Source: Syntrophales bacterium
Lineage (GTDB): Bacteria > Desulfobacterota > Syntrophia > Syntrophales > PHBD01
Direction of reading: 5' to 3'
Length of the DNA stretch: 64,000 nucleotides
NCBI GenBank assembly: GCA_963668175.1
Contig: OY764159.1
Span: forward strand, 3,424,001-3,488,000
The notes beneath the pieces are model-generated. The model was not told the DNA's origin, searched no databases, and was given only the letters and a program-made list of their open reading frames with translations. How positions within the stretch are numbered: position 1 is the first letter of the stretch; the number at the start of each line of letters is the position of its first letter. Positions 8,852 through 18,751 of the stretch are shown piece after piece. The translations under genes and the position numbers were made by a program.

Positions 8852-11296
8852 TTAGCTTGCAGGTATTGAAGGCAGTGAAAAAAAGAACTTTGCCCCTTCG
8901 TTTTCCTTACCTTCCGCCCAAACACGACCACCGTGGCGGTGGACGATCCGCTGAACTATTGCCAAACCTACACCCGTGCCCTCAAAATCATCCATACCAT
9001 GAAGACGCTGGAAGACACAGAATAATTTGTCATAGAATTGCATGTCAAAACCGACGCCGTTGTCTTTTACAGAATATATGATTTCATCGTCGTTCTGGCA
9101 TCCACTCACATGAATTTGAGCATCGTCACGAAGCGACGAGAATTTAACAGCATTTGACAGGAGATTACAGATCACCTGTTTGATAAGCGCCCTGTCTCCC
9201 CAACCAGGGGGAATCTCGCTGATCTGGAAATCGGGGCGGCTGCCATCGCAATCGGCCGCCACTTCTTCCCATGCTTCCCTGATGAGTTCATCCATGTCGA
9301 GTTGCATCATGGAAAGGCGTGCCCTGCCTAACCGGGAGAAGGACAATAAGTCGTCAATAAGTTGGCCCATCATTAGGGTGCTGCTTTTGATAACATTGAA
9401 TCTCTTTACAACCTCTTCGTCGAATGCGTCGGCATGTTTTCTGAGGATCATGTGAACATATCCATTAATAGTTCTCAGAGGGGCGCGTAGATCATGAGAA
9501 ACAGAGTAAGTGAAGGCTTCCAGGTCGTTGTTGGCGGCTTCCAGATGATCAGACTTCTCGCGCAATTTCTCTTCCATCTGTTTGCGTTCGGAAATGTCTC
9601 GCGCCACATGGATCGCGCCTATAAGCTCTGACTTCTCATCAAGCAACGGCGTCGTGCTCACCAGGAAATCCCCCCCGAGGATGGGCTCATGCACTTCAGC
9701 GATATGTTCTTGACCATCTTGGCAAGTCATGGCATGCGGGCAAAACGCAGGTGGGTAAGGCAAACCGTGCACCGCTTCGTGACATTTGACACCGATGCAC
9801 TTTTCGGGTGCCAGTCCGAGCCGAGTCGCCATCGCCTGATTAACCCGGACAACGCGGTGCTCTTTGTCCAGAATCGCAATGAGGTCGGGGATCGATTTAA
9901 AGGTCCGTTCCCATTCCTCTTTGGCTCTCAGTGTAGCCTCCTCAGCGCGGAACTTGGATAGGGCTATGGCCAGATAGCCCGACATTCTCTCCCACAAGGA
10001 AATAGCATGTGGCGTGAAGACACCGCGAGACCGGTCATTTAATTGCAGGAGTCCCAGCCGTTCCCTGCCCTGACAGAGCGGGAACAGCGCAACAGATTCA
10101 TATCCCTCACCATTACATCGATTGCGTGTACGGCTTTGTCGATCAGCTTCCGATGTGCTGGCGAGCAGTTCGGTTGTGCTGTTTGTCCAGAAACTTCCTC
10201 CTTGTGTGAAGAAGGGCTTTGCGTCATCAAACCGGCCGCAGATGACATTTCCGCACATACATTCAATTACCGGACTGCCCTCGCTGTCGCGGACAAGAGC
10301 GCCTGCGGCATCCTTTTGGCAGAGCTCGTTCTCCAGCAGGACAAACTCCTGGGGAAAACCCCGCACTTCGTAATACGGATAGTCTTCGCCTTCCCGCAAC
10401 CGGATGCCTACCGCCTCGCATCCGGACTTTCTTTGGAAGAAGTCGACGGCCGACTGGATCAAGTCCGCAAAGCCCGTACTTTGGTTAATCAGATGGAGGA
10501 ATTCAACCGTCATTTCATTTTCCCGATCGAGTCTGTCACGCTCCTCGATATTGCGAAAGACTAGAATCACCCCGAGCACGTTTCCCTGATCGTCCTTGAT
10601 CGGGGCGGCGCTGTCGTCGATCGGTATTTCCTTCCCATTACGGGCGATCAGCAAAGTATGGTTTGCCAACCCGACAACGGAACCCAGCAGCAAGACTTTG
10701 ACTACGGGATTCTCCGCGGGCCGGCGCGTGTCCCGGTTAATAATGTTAAAGAAATCAACTAATTTTCGGCCCTGAACTTCCTTCAACGTCCAGCCCGTTA
10801 GATCTTCCGCGACAGCATTCATGAACGTGATCGTCCCATCTTGATCGGTGGTAATCACGGCGTCTCCGATGCTCTTGAGGGTTGTGGAGAACCATTTTTC
10901 ACTTTCTTTGATCTTTCTTTCCATTTTGTGTTTATACAGGGCCATATCGATACTGATATGAAGGTCCCGTTCTTTGAATGGTTTAACAAGGTAGCCGTAA
11001 GGCTCGGTAACCCTGGCGCGGGTCAGCGTCTCCTCGTCCGCAAAAGCGGTGATATAGATAATTGGAATTTCGTAATCGGCGCGTAGCCGCTCGGCAGCCG
11101 TTATTCCATCGATTTCTCCCGGAAGCATGATATCCATCAATACAAGATCAGGTCGCACTTCTTTAGCTCTTGCAATCGCTTCTTCAGCGGATGATGCGAC
11201 TGCAGGATAAGGGTATCCCAGAGCAACCAGTCTGTGCTGCATGTCCAGGGCTTGAATACCCTCGTCTTCAACTATAAGAATTCTGGCTTCAGGCAT
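8852..11296 (-). CDS. Hybrid sensor kinase REC-PAS-GAF-PAS-HisKA-HATPase
   Basis: ILIVEDE...VLMDIMLPG receiver; Cys-rich GAF (IECMCGNVICGR); H-box SVSHDLRAPL. Confidence 0.93.
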   Translation of the reverse strand: MPEARILIVEDEGIQALDMQHRLVALGYPYPAVASSAEEAIARAKEVRPDLVLMDIMLPGEIDGITAAERLRADYEIPIIYITAFADEETLTRARVTEPYGYLVKPFKERDLHISIDMALYKHKMERKIKESEKWFSTTLKSIGDAVITTDQDGTITFMNAVAEDLTGWTLKEVQGRKLVDFFNIINRDTRRPAENPVVKVLLLGSVVGLANHTLLIARNGKEIPIDDSAAPIKDDQGNVLGVILVFRNIEERDRLDRENEMTVEFLHLINQSTGFADLIQSAVDFFQRKSGCEAVGIRLREGEDYPYYEVRGFPQEFVLLENELCQKDAAGALVRDSEGSPVIECMCGNVICGRFDDAKPFFTQGGSFWTNSTTELLASTSEADRQSRTRNRCNGEGYESVALFPLCQGRERLGLLQLNDRSRGVFTPHAISLWERMSGYLAIALSKFRAEEATLRAKEEWERTFKSIPDLIAILDKEHRVVRVNQAMATRLGLAPEKCIGVKCHEAVHGLPYPPAFCPHAMTCQDGQEHIAEVHEPILGGDFLVSTTPLLDEKSELIGAIHVARDISERKQMEEKLREKSDHLEAANNDLEAFTYSVSHDLRAPLRTINGYVHMILRKHADAFDEEVVKRFNVIKSSTLMMGQLIDDLLSFSRLGRARLSMMQLDMDELIREAWEEVAADCDGSRPDFQISEIPPGWGDRALIKQVICNLLSNAVKFSSLRDDAQIHVSGCQNDDEIIYSVKDNGVGFDMQFYDKLFCVFQRLHGMDDFEGTGVGLAIVQRIVHRHGGRVWAEGKENEGAKFFFSLPSIPAS

Positions 11297-11313
11297 TGCT
11301 TCTGACTCCTTCT

Positions 11314-14300
11314 TTATCTATTCACGAAAGAAATGACGAAACTAGTGCCGGCACGAGTTTCCATGCGGAGCGACCCCCGAAGTTGCTTTATCAGCGCACC
11401 TACTAATTTGAGCCCTAGCGAATCGCATCTTTCCACGGCAAAGTCTTCATCTAGACCCACGCCGTTATCGCTAACGGCCAAAACGAAGTTATTTCCCGTA
11501 TCCGGGCGCAGGTCAATGCAGATTTCACCCGATCCATGGACTTGTCTCCATGAATCTGTAAAGGCATGCTTCAAAGAATTGGAGACGAGCTCATTAATGA
11601 TAAGAGCACAGGGGATCACGGTATCGATGTCGAGGTCGACATTCTCGACAGTGATCTTCATTTTGACGTTTCCTTCCGTCACACCATACGAAAGAAAAAG
11701 GTTGGCTGTCAGGCTGTGAATGTACTCGGCAAGATCGATCTTTGCCAACGACTCGGACTGATAGAGTTTCTCATGGATGAGTGACATTGAGTATATACGA
11801 TTCTGACTTTCACGGAACAGATCGGCGGCAGGTCCGTCCTGAATATACGACGTCTGCAGGTTGAGCAGGCTACTGATAATTTGAAGATTGTTCTTGACCC
11901 TGTGATGAATTTCCCTCAGCAGGACTTCTTTTTCCTTCAGCGACCTTCTGATCTGCTCTTCGGCCTTAGTCATTTCTAAGACAAGCCCCGCATTCTCCAG
12001 CGAAATAGCCGCCTGAGCCATCAAGAGTTCCGTCATCTGTGTCTTCTCCCGGGTAAAGGCGGCCTCGAAGAGACGGTTTTCCAGATACAAGATGCCGATC
12101 ATGCGGGACTGTTTGACAATTGGCAGACAGAGGACGGACCGCAGCTGCATTTCCTGAACTTCCGGATTGTCTTTAAACAGTTCCTCCCGGCAGGCATCGG
12201 CAAGTACTACCCTCTCCCCGGTTCGTTGCACATAGCGAACGATGGCCCCGCATATTTCAGGAGCTTCATCAAGGTTCCTGTCTACGGTTACCGTCTGTTT
12301 CTTTGTGACGTGGCTTTCCGACCTGACGAGCAGATTACCAACGTCTTCAATCAGCAGGTAGCCATGCTGGGCGCCCGAACTCTCGATGACGACGTTCATA
12401 ATCTTCTTCAGCAGGGCTTCCTGCTCGATTTCTGCGGAGATAGCAAGCGATGATTTCATCAGATAATCGACATCGAGGTCAGGAAGAGTGAAGGACTTAA
12501 CGGCAGCACCCAACTCTGTAAGCGAACCCTTATCTTCCTTGAAATAGCCCGGGTATTTTTCCGTTACGATTATTTCTTTTCGTCGGGCGCGGCATTTCCT
12601 GTACAGGCGCGCCGCCTCTTTGAAATACAAGCCTTCCGAATTCCGGCCAGTGTTCAGAAGAAGTTCTGCGAGGCATTCATGAAGATGCCCCTCCAAAAAA
12701 ACATAATTCTGCCGGCGGGCGGCGTCGATGGCATCGAGGTAGAGACTTCGAGCTTCCCGGAAATCGGCCGTCACTCTGGCCAGCTCCGCGTAAAGCAAGG
12801 CCAGATAGGGCTTCAGCAGCGGACCCAACGCCGCCCACGTTTCAATCTTATTGATAAGCGGATCGATCTCCGCATGCAGGTCGGCCCTGTTCCGGCCATC
12901 AGAATTCTTTTCGTGGAGCTTAATTGCATTTAGTACCCGAAAGACATGCCACTGCCTCTTTAAGACATTATCGGTCAGGCCGGACAGATATCTCTTGACG
13001 GCGGCGAGGCATTCTCCGGCCTCTTCATATTCTCCGCAATAATAATGAGCGAGTGCCCTGTGGACGAAGTAGCTTCCCGCGGAGGCAATGTGATTGCTCT
13101 GGTCCCAGGTCTGAATCTTCAGCGCCATATCTATTGGCGTATATTCCCCTTTCATGGGTTCGATCCAGCCCGCCTGCATCGCTTCGGCCAGCCCAACTGA
13201 GAAGGAGAGATGGTATCTCTGCGAGAACTGCAGGCATTCCGCCGCATAGTCTTCGATCAGGGAAAAGTCCGCCCCCTGCACCTGCAGATTCCACATCAGG
13301 GGACCATAGGAAAGGCCCGCGTTATAGAGATCACCGCAGTTCTTACCGCACTGGATCGCCTTGAGACTATAGTCGGCAATATCGCGGGGGTGGCTTCGCG
13401 AATGCATGTTGCACCACACGATTCCGTTCATGCCGCGAGTAGCTCCGAAAGTATTTGGATATTTCGCCGACAGATCGCGAGCCAAGTCTTCGTAGCGGAA
13501 TGCAGGCGGGAAATTCCCTTCTTCTCCAAGCTGAAGCCCCATGATACTGAACGAATAGATGACCGATTCGTCCATGCCGCCGGCCAGGCAATGCTGTGTC
13601 GACTGGGCAGCGGAAAGATAGAGCTGCGGCACAAGTCCGGACATGTATAAATCGGGGATAAGCTCACTGTAGAAGGCAAGTTCTATCTTACTTCGCCTGT
13701 CCGTGGTGAAGGGCATATTTAGTATCGTGTCCCAGATGTCGATGTCTTTCGCCGAAACATCAGTCATCAGCGCCAGCCTTCTTTCGTCCGCTTCCCTGGA
13801 ATCGTCTGGAATAGCCTTGCCGAAATAGGCCAGCCCCCGGTTGGCGGTTTCAATGGCCTTGATGAAGTTGCCGATGGAGGACAGTGACGTGGTCTGTTCC
13901 GCGAGGCATTCCGCCTTGTCCATATCGGACCTGGCGTGATCGAGCAGCTGGTTGAGCAGATTCTCTGAATTCCCATAGTGGCCGCACATCAGCTCCGTCT
14001 TTGCCGCCTTCTGGTACGTCCTGAAGGTACTTTCGTAATACGAATCCTCCCAACAGTCATCCGGCAGTAGGTTTCTAGCGAGCCTGAAGTACTCGTTTGC
14101 GGCCTCAGTCGCCAGGGAATCCAGGGCCTTAATGCCCGCGTGGTAATTGATGTCCGAAAGGAAATAGGCATACACTTTATCGGGACGTTCTTCCCGTCCG
14201 AGATTGAGGTGCGAAACGATCGTGAAAAGATTATCCACTTTCTCTATTTTCGCACCTTCAGAAATCGACGCAAGGAGGTGGTCGCCCACCTGACGGTGAA

Positions 14301-16359
14301 TCAAGCGGCGACGCTCCTCCGGGATAGCCGACAAGGCGGCTTCCTGTATCTTGTCGTGAATGAATTGCAGCTGATTCTTGCTTTCGATAAGAAGACCCTG
14401 ACCAAGGGCAGGTTTCAGCAGCTCAAAGGTTTCGAGCAGGGTTATCCCCCGGACCGCCGCCAACTCGGACGGAGAGAAGGTATTTCCCATGCAGGCGCAA
14501 TACTCAAGCATCGTTATCAGTTCCGGGGGCAATTTACTTATTTTTGAGCTGAAAAGGGCAACCACGGAAGTCGGCATGCGGGATCCCCGGATCCTGTCCA
14601 GATCCCACCGCCAATGCCACTGATCGTCCAAGTAGAGCAATTCTTCATTATGAAGATACGACAAGCTCTCGCTGACGAAAAGCGGATTTCCCTCAGTAAG
14701 CAAACTCAAAAAATCGGATAGTGCTTTAGTATGTGGTTGTGGAGAATCAAGAATGTACGAGACCATTTCGTGGCAATGTTCGGGCCGCAGCGGTCCCAGT
14801 CTGATTTCCTTCAACGGATGTCCATTCTCCCCGACCGTCCGGATAAGTTTTGTCAGGGGATGGCTGGCATCCACTTCGTTATGCCGATACGCGCCCAACA
14901 GCAGCAGATACGGATGGTTACGATAATTGGCAAAGATATTCATAAGAAAATCGAAAGAAGCTACATCACACCACTGGAGGTCGTCGATGAATAGGGTCAG
15001 TGGATTCTCCTCGGTTGCCAATGCACGGAGGAAACGGTCGAAGAGGTCGTGAAACCTATTGAGGGATTCCACAGGAGGAAGAGATCTCACCTCAGGCTGG
15101 ACGCCGATCAAGATCTCTAGTTCCGGAACGACGTCGGTCAGGACTTTTCCGTTTTCTCCTACCGCGTCCGCTATCCGTCTCCTCCACGCCGTCACCCGTT
15201 CGTTGCTTTCCGTCAGAAATGTCCGCATTAAGTTTCTGAGCGCCTGGATAAGGGAGCTGTAAGGAATGTTTTTCTGATAGACATCGAATTTCCCCGACGT
15301 AAAATATCCCCTGTGCTTCACGATGGGCTTCTGCAACTCCTGGATCAGACGAGTCTTCCCAATACCGGACAATCCGGAGATGAAGAGAGATCGAAATTCT
15401 CCCCGAGCTGCATGTTCGTATTCTTCGAGAATCATCTCCGCTTCTCTGTCACGACCAACCATTTTTGAGATGAAGGTGACGCGACGGGTGAAAGAACGCC
15501 CGCCCAGTGGAAATTCACTTATCGTTCCCTGTTCTTTGTACTCGTCCCTGCATCGAATCAAATCCGCTCGGAGGCCGCCGCTGTTTTGGTAACGTTTTTC
15601 CGGTTCCTTGAGCATCAATTTAGCGATGATCCGGCTCAAAACGGTGGGAATACTGATATTCTTTTCGTGCGCCGACACTGCCTCCTCGGCCAGGTGGGAA
15701 TGTATCAATTCGAGGGGATCATCGGATGAGAAAGGGACAAATCCCGTCAGCATTTCATAGAAAACGATCCCCAGCGAATAGAGATCGGAAGAAAAGACAA
15801 CCCGGTGACTGATGCGTCCAGTCTGTTCCGGCGACGTATAAGCCAGGGTTTCCCGGACAAAGGAACGGTCGTAAATGAAGTGGCTGACATCCCTCACATC
15901 GATCATGCTTACAAAATCGATCAGCCGGATATCGAGAGTTGCCTCGTTAATCAGGATATTATGAGGTTTTATACCACCATGTATAATGCCCGCATCGTGC
16001 ACCTTTTCGAGCGCGGAAGCCAGGCTGATCGCGATGGAGAAAAAATGCTGTAGTGAAAATCCTGAACTTGCCGCCATCAACTTGTCAAGGGTGACACCGG
16101 CAAAATAGTCTTGGGTTATGAAGCAGGTCTCATCCCGGTCGCTGAAAGAAATGGGTGTAATCAGGAGGGGGTCGTCCAAAACCCGCAGATGTTCTATCTT
16201 CTGTCTGAATTGAGCCTTCTTATATTCGGGAAGACTGTTTCCCTTCAAAGCTTTAAGGACTAGTCGACGCTCCGGATCCCTTTTGTGGCGGGCCTTGAAA
16301 ACAGTTATAAGTGGTGTTTTAGCAAGAATTTCTGTCAATTCATAATTAGAGAGTAGCAT
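11314..16359 (-). CDS. Ser/Thr kinase-like + AAA ATPase + GAF + HisKA_2 histidine kinase
   Basis: YTSPEQTGR, SDLYSLG; Walker A GLSGIGKT; Walker B FIDDLQW; GAF (GILYLEN); EIHHRVKNNLQ. Confidence 0.92.
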   Translation of the reverse strand: MLLSNYELTEILAKTPLITVFKARHKRDPERRLVLKALKGNSLPEYKKAQFRQKIEHLRVLDDPLLITPISFSDRDETCFITQDYFAGVTLDKLMAASSGFSLQHFFSIAISLASALEKVHDAGIIHGGIKPHNILINEATLDIRLIDFVSMIDVRDVSHFIYDRSFVRETLAYTSPEQTGRISHRVVFSSDLYSLGIVFYEMLTGFVPFSSDDPLELIHSHLAEEAVSAHEKNISIPTVLSRIIAKLMLKEPEKRYQNSGGLRADLIRCRDEYKEQGTISEFPLGGRSFTRRVTFISKMVGRDREAEMILEEYEHAARGEFRSLFISGLSGIGKTRLIQELQKPIVKHRGYFTSGKFDVYQKNIPYSSLIQALRNLMRTFLTESNERVTAWRRRIADAVGENGKVLTDVVPELEILIGVQPEVRSLPPVESLNRFHDLFDRFLRALATEENPLTLFIDDLQWCDVASFDFLMNIFANYRNHPYLLLLGAYRHNEVDASHPLTKLIRTVGENGHPLKEIRLGPLRPEHCHEMVSYILDSPQPHTKALSDFLSLLTEGNPLFVSESLSYLHNEELLYLDDQWHWRWDLDRIRGSRMPTSVVALFSSKISKLPPELITMLEYCACMGNTFSPSELAAVRGITLLETFELLKPALGQGLLIESKNQLQFIHDKIQEAALSAIPEERRRLIHRQVGDHLLASISEGAKIEKVDNLFTIVSHLNLGREERPDKVYAYFLSDINYHAGIKALDSLATEAANEYFRLARNLLPDDCWEDSYYESTFRTYQKAAKTELMCGHYGNSENLLNQLLDHARSDMDKAECLAEQTTSLSSIGNFIKAIETANRGLAYFGKAIPDDSREADERRLALMTDVSAKDIDIWDTILNMPFTTDRRSKIELAFYSELIPDLYMSGLVPQLYLSAAQSTQHCLAGGMDESVIYSFSIMGLQLGEEGNFPPAFRYEDLARDLSAKYPNTFGATRGMNGIVWCNMHSRSHPRDIADYSLKAIQCGKNCGDLYNAGLSYGPLMWNLQVQGADFSLIEDYAAECLQFSQRYHLSFSVGLAEAMQAGWIEPMKGEYTPIDMALKIQTWDQSNHIASAGSYFVHRALAHYYCGEYEEAGECLAAVKRYLSGLTDNVLKRQWHVFRVLNAIKLHEKNSDGRNRADLHAEIDPLINKIETWAALGPLLKPYLALLYAELARVTADFREARSLYLDAIDAARRQNYVFLEGHLHECLAELLLNTGRNSEGLYFKEAARLYRKCRARRKEIIVTEKYPGYFKEDKGSLTELGAAVKSFTLPDLDVDYLMKSSLAISAEIEQEALLKKIMNVVIESSGAQHGYLLIEDVGNLLVRSESHVTKKQTVTVDRNLDEAPEICGAIVRYVQRTGERVVLADACREELFKDNPEVQEMQLRSVLCLPIVKQSRMIGILYLENRLFEAAFTREKTQMTELLMAQAAISLENAGLVLEMTKAEEQIRRSLKEKEVLLREIHHRVKNNLQIISSLLNLQTSYIQDGPAADLFRESQNRIYSMSLIHEKLYQSESLAKIDLAEYIHSLTANLFLSYGVTEGNVKMKITVENVDLDIDTVIPCALIINELVSNSLKHAFTDSWRQVHGSGEICIDLRPDTGNNFVLAVSDNGVGLDEDFAVERCDSLGLKLVGALIKQLRGSLRMETRAGTSFVISFVNR

Positions 16360-16790
16360 TTCAATTCCGGCTCATAATGTGTGAGAATTTGATAAAAAAG
16401 TATAAGTTCGCGAATGATAGAAAAGCAAGCATAATAGTGAAGTCGGTAAAATAGGATGTCGAATAAATAGATTAAGATATCCATTAGATAAGACGTATAC
16501 TGGGGGTTTATTCCTCACATATATTTTATTCCTTAGTGAAAATATCTTGTTTGCAGTGGCTGCTACTTAAACCGTAGAAGCATTCAGAATAAGGTCGTTA
16601 TCATGATATTTTGGGGATTACACTATTGAAAACACCCCTCACCCTCCCATGCGGTTAATATTTTTAGCCCGCACTAGGTCAGGAATAGTATTCAGGGCCC
16701 TCCTTTGTTTACAGCTGAATCGCTATTATGAACTTGAATTTTGAACGATTGTCTGTATCATTAAGAAACACCTTCACTCTCGAGGATTAA

Positions 16791-16924
16791 ATGACCCCGG
16801 AATCACTTGTCGAAATTCTAAAGAAACTTTTAAAGACCGACAGGGATATCAGCTTCTTGCTGAAATTAGATGAGAAATCAAGTCTCTTGTAGCTTGCGTA
16901 AGGGATAGAATAGATAACACTTGA
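16791..16924 (+). pseudogene. Small frameshifted ORF (MTPESLVEILKKLLKTDRDISFLLKLDEK / SLVACVRDRIDNT)
   Basis: RBS GAGGA before the ATG; the amphipathic peptide continues in another frame past ~16880. Confidence 0.35.
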
Positions 16925-16943
16925 AAATCATAGAGATAAGAGG

Positions 16944-17228
16944 ATGTTGCTCGTGAAAAAATCCGATCTTATAGCAATGTTAGCAGAAAGAAAGAACCTT
17001 ACAGAGGAAATAGCAGCTGACGCTGTTAATCTGATCTTTAAAGAGTTTACTGATGCCTTGAAGAATGGGGGGAGGATTGAACTCAGAGGGTTTGGATCTT
17101 TTACTGTGAAAGATTTCAAAGCTTATATCGGACGAAACCCGAAGTCAGGAAAGAAAATCCAAGTGAAACCCAAAAAATCCGCAGTCTTCAAAGTAGGAAA
17201 GCAACTTAAGGAAAGAGTGGATAATTGA
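16944..17228 (+). CDS. ihfB: Integration host factor beta / HU family DNA-binding protein
   Basis: KSDLI...GRIELRGFGSF...GRNPKSG...FKVGKQLKERVD. Confidence 0.88.
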   Translation: MLLVKKSDLIAMLAERKNLTEEIAADAVNLIFKEFTDALKNGGRIELRGFGSFTVKDFKAYIGRNPKSGKKIQVKPKKSAVFKVGKQLKERVDN

Positions 17229-17704
17229 TCGTTCTTATTGTTCTATCATAATTACCATGTCTAGCTTAACTGTTTGAATCAAGTCTTCATATCTCCACGC
17301 GACTATCCAGGATCGAGACCCTTTAACGACGTGGGATCCCTATACTCTCATGCCTGAACCTCCGGAATCCAACAAGACGGCATGGATCATCCGAGCCTAA
17401 GAGCTGGGAGTGGCCGGGCTGCGGGACGGTTCTGCGACGGGATGGCACTGACCGATCAGCACGATCAGTGAGCCGGAGGTTCGCGCAGGGTATGTCCGGA
17501 GGATTTGGATGGCTGCGATTAGGGAGGTCCTCAGGTTAGATTCAGTATTCAGGGGGCGGAAAAAGATCCCTGTCATGCTCAAAGTATTTGCTTTTTTCCT
17601 CGTTATAACGATAATGATTATAAAAGAGACTCGCCCATCTCTGGCGCATCCGTTTTTTCTTGACAGGGGCATTAAGCATAGGATAGATACTCGCCCTCCA
17701 AAAA

Positions 17705-18283
17705 GTGCGAATTATTATGATCCCCTATCAGAAGGAAAAGATCGAAAACGCAATCTGTTTCTTTGCGCAAGAACACAAGAAACATTCTCGTAATCTATTA
17801 CACCAGACATTCTTATATAAATACCTCGCCTTATTCGATTTCGGCTATTTAAAAGAATATGGGAAAGCCCCCCTTGGTTTGAAATACCTGGCGATGCAGC
17901 GAGGGCCTGTACCAACGGAAATTTATAACCATCGAGATGACCCACGTTGGTCCGATCTATTTTCCTTTCAAAAAGATCCCGACGGTCACTATATGATCAA
18001 TTCCAAACTGAAGCCCGATCTGAGTTATTTCAGCAAACGGGAACTTAAATTTATGAATCGATTAATAGAAATCTATGCCAGAAACTACGTGACATCAAAA
18101 CTGATGAGCGATGTCAGCCATCAAGAAATTCTGGCTTGGAAACGGACATGGACACAAAAACCCAATAGCATCATAGACTATTCCCTCGAATTCAAGGGCA
18201 ATGTCTTTGCGAAATCGGACGACGAACTGACTTTTTCTGAGGAAGTATATCTTATTCAGCAAGGCATTGAACATTGCATCTAA
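17705..18283 (+). CDS. Panacea (SocA/DUF4065) domain antitoxin
   Basis: EKIENAICFF...LYKYLALFDF...YLAMQRGPVP...LMSDVSHQEILAW; likely start 17717. Confidence 0.8.
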   Translation: MRIIMIPYQKEKIENAICFFAQEHKKHSRNLLHQTFLYKYLALFDFGYLKEYGKAPLGLKYLAMQRGPVPTEIYNHRDDPRWSDLFSFQKDPDGHYMINSKLKPDLSYFSKRELKFMNRLIEIYARNYVTSKLMSDVSHQEILAWKRTWTQKPNSIIDYSLEFKGNVFAKSDDELTFSEEVYLIQQGIEHCI

Positions 18284-18729
18284 CCGTCGGTGACGTGATC
18301 AGATGGGACGGCTTCAAATACCCGAGGGATGGCGATATTAAAGCCAGATGGTTTATATACTTGGGACGGTCATCGTTATTGTCCTCACCCATTTTCTCAT
18401 ATCTTTGCACCACCACAACACAACTTCAGCATTTCGGACAGGGCAATTCCCGGGCGAATCACGTTTTTAGAAGATTCACCTGCCAACAACACCCTGTTTT
18501 TGATCAAGATTGTATCCTTGATTTTACGGAAGAGCTTTATGATATCCCAACTGAAAAGCTTGATGAATGCCAACGCCTTATCGAAATCAAAGGCAGATTA
18601 GGTGAAGAGGACATGAGAAATGCATATAATCAATTTCTCAAAGTCGGCACGGTGTCTCCGCGTGTCATGCTGGATATCCATGAAAGCTTTAACCTTGCCG
18701 GAATCACTGGTCTAAAGAAGCCCAAATAA
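18274..18729 (+). CDS. Putative toxin partner of the Panacea antitoxin (possibly PemK/MazF-like fold)
   Basis: Overlaps the antitoxin stop; GDVIRW...KARWFIYLG...LCTTTT pattern resembles PemK beta-barrel toxins. Confidence 0.55.
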   Translation: MHLTVGDVIRWDGFKYPRDGDIKARWFIYLGRSSLLSSPIFSYLCTTTTQLQHFGQGNSRANHVFRRFTCQQHPVFDQDCILDFTEELYDIPTEKLDECQRLIEIKGRLGEEDMRNAYNQFLKVGTVSPRVMLDIHESFNLAGITGLKKPK

Positions 18730-18751
18730 CCCTCCTTTGCCGACAATTGAT

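Noticed and set aside
6740..9520. Recent duplication between the two convergent histidine kinases
   Set aside because: Similarity is confined to conserved HisKA/HATPase motifs and the codons differ.
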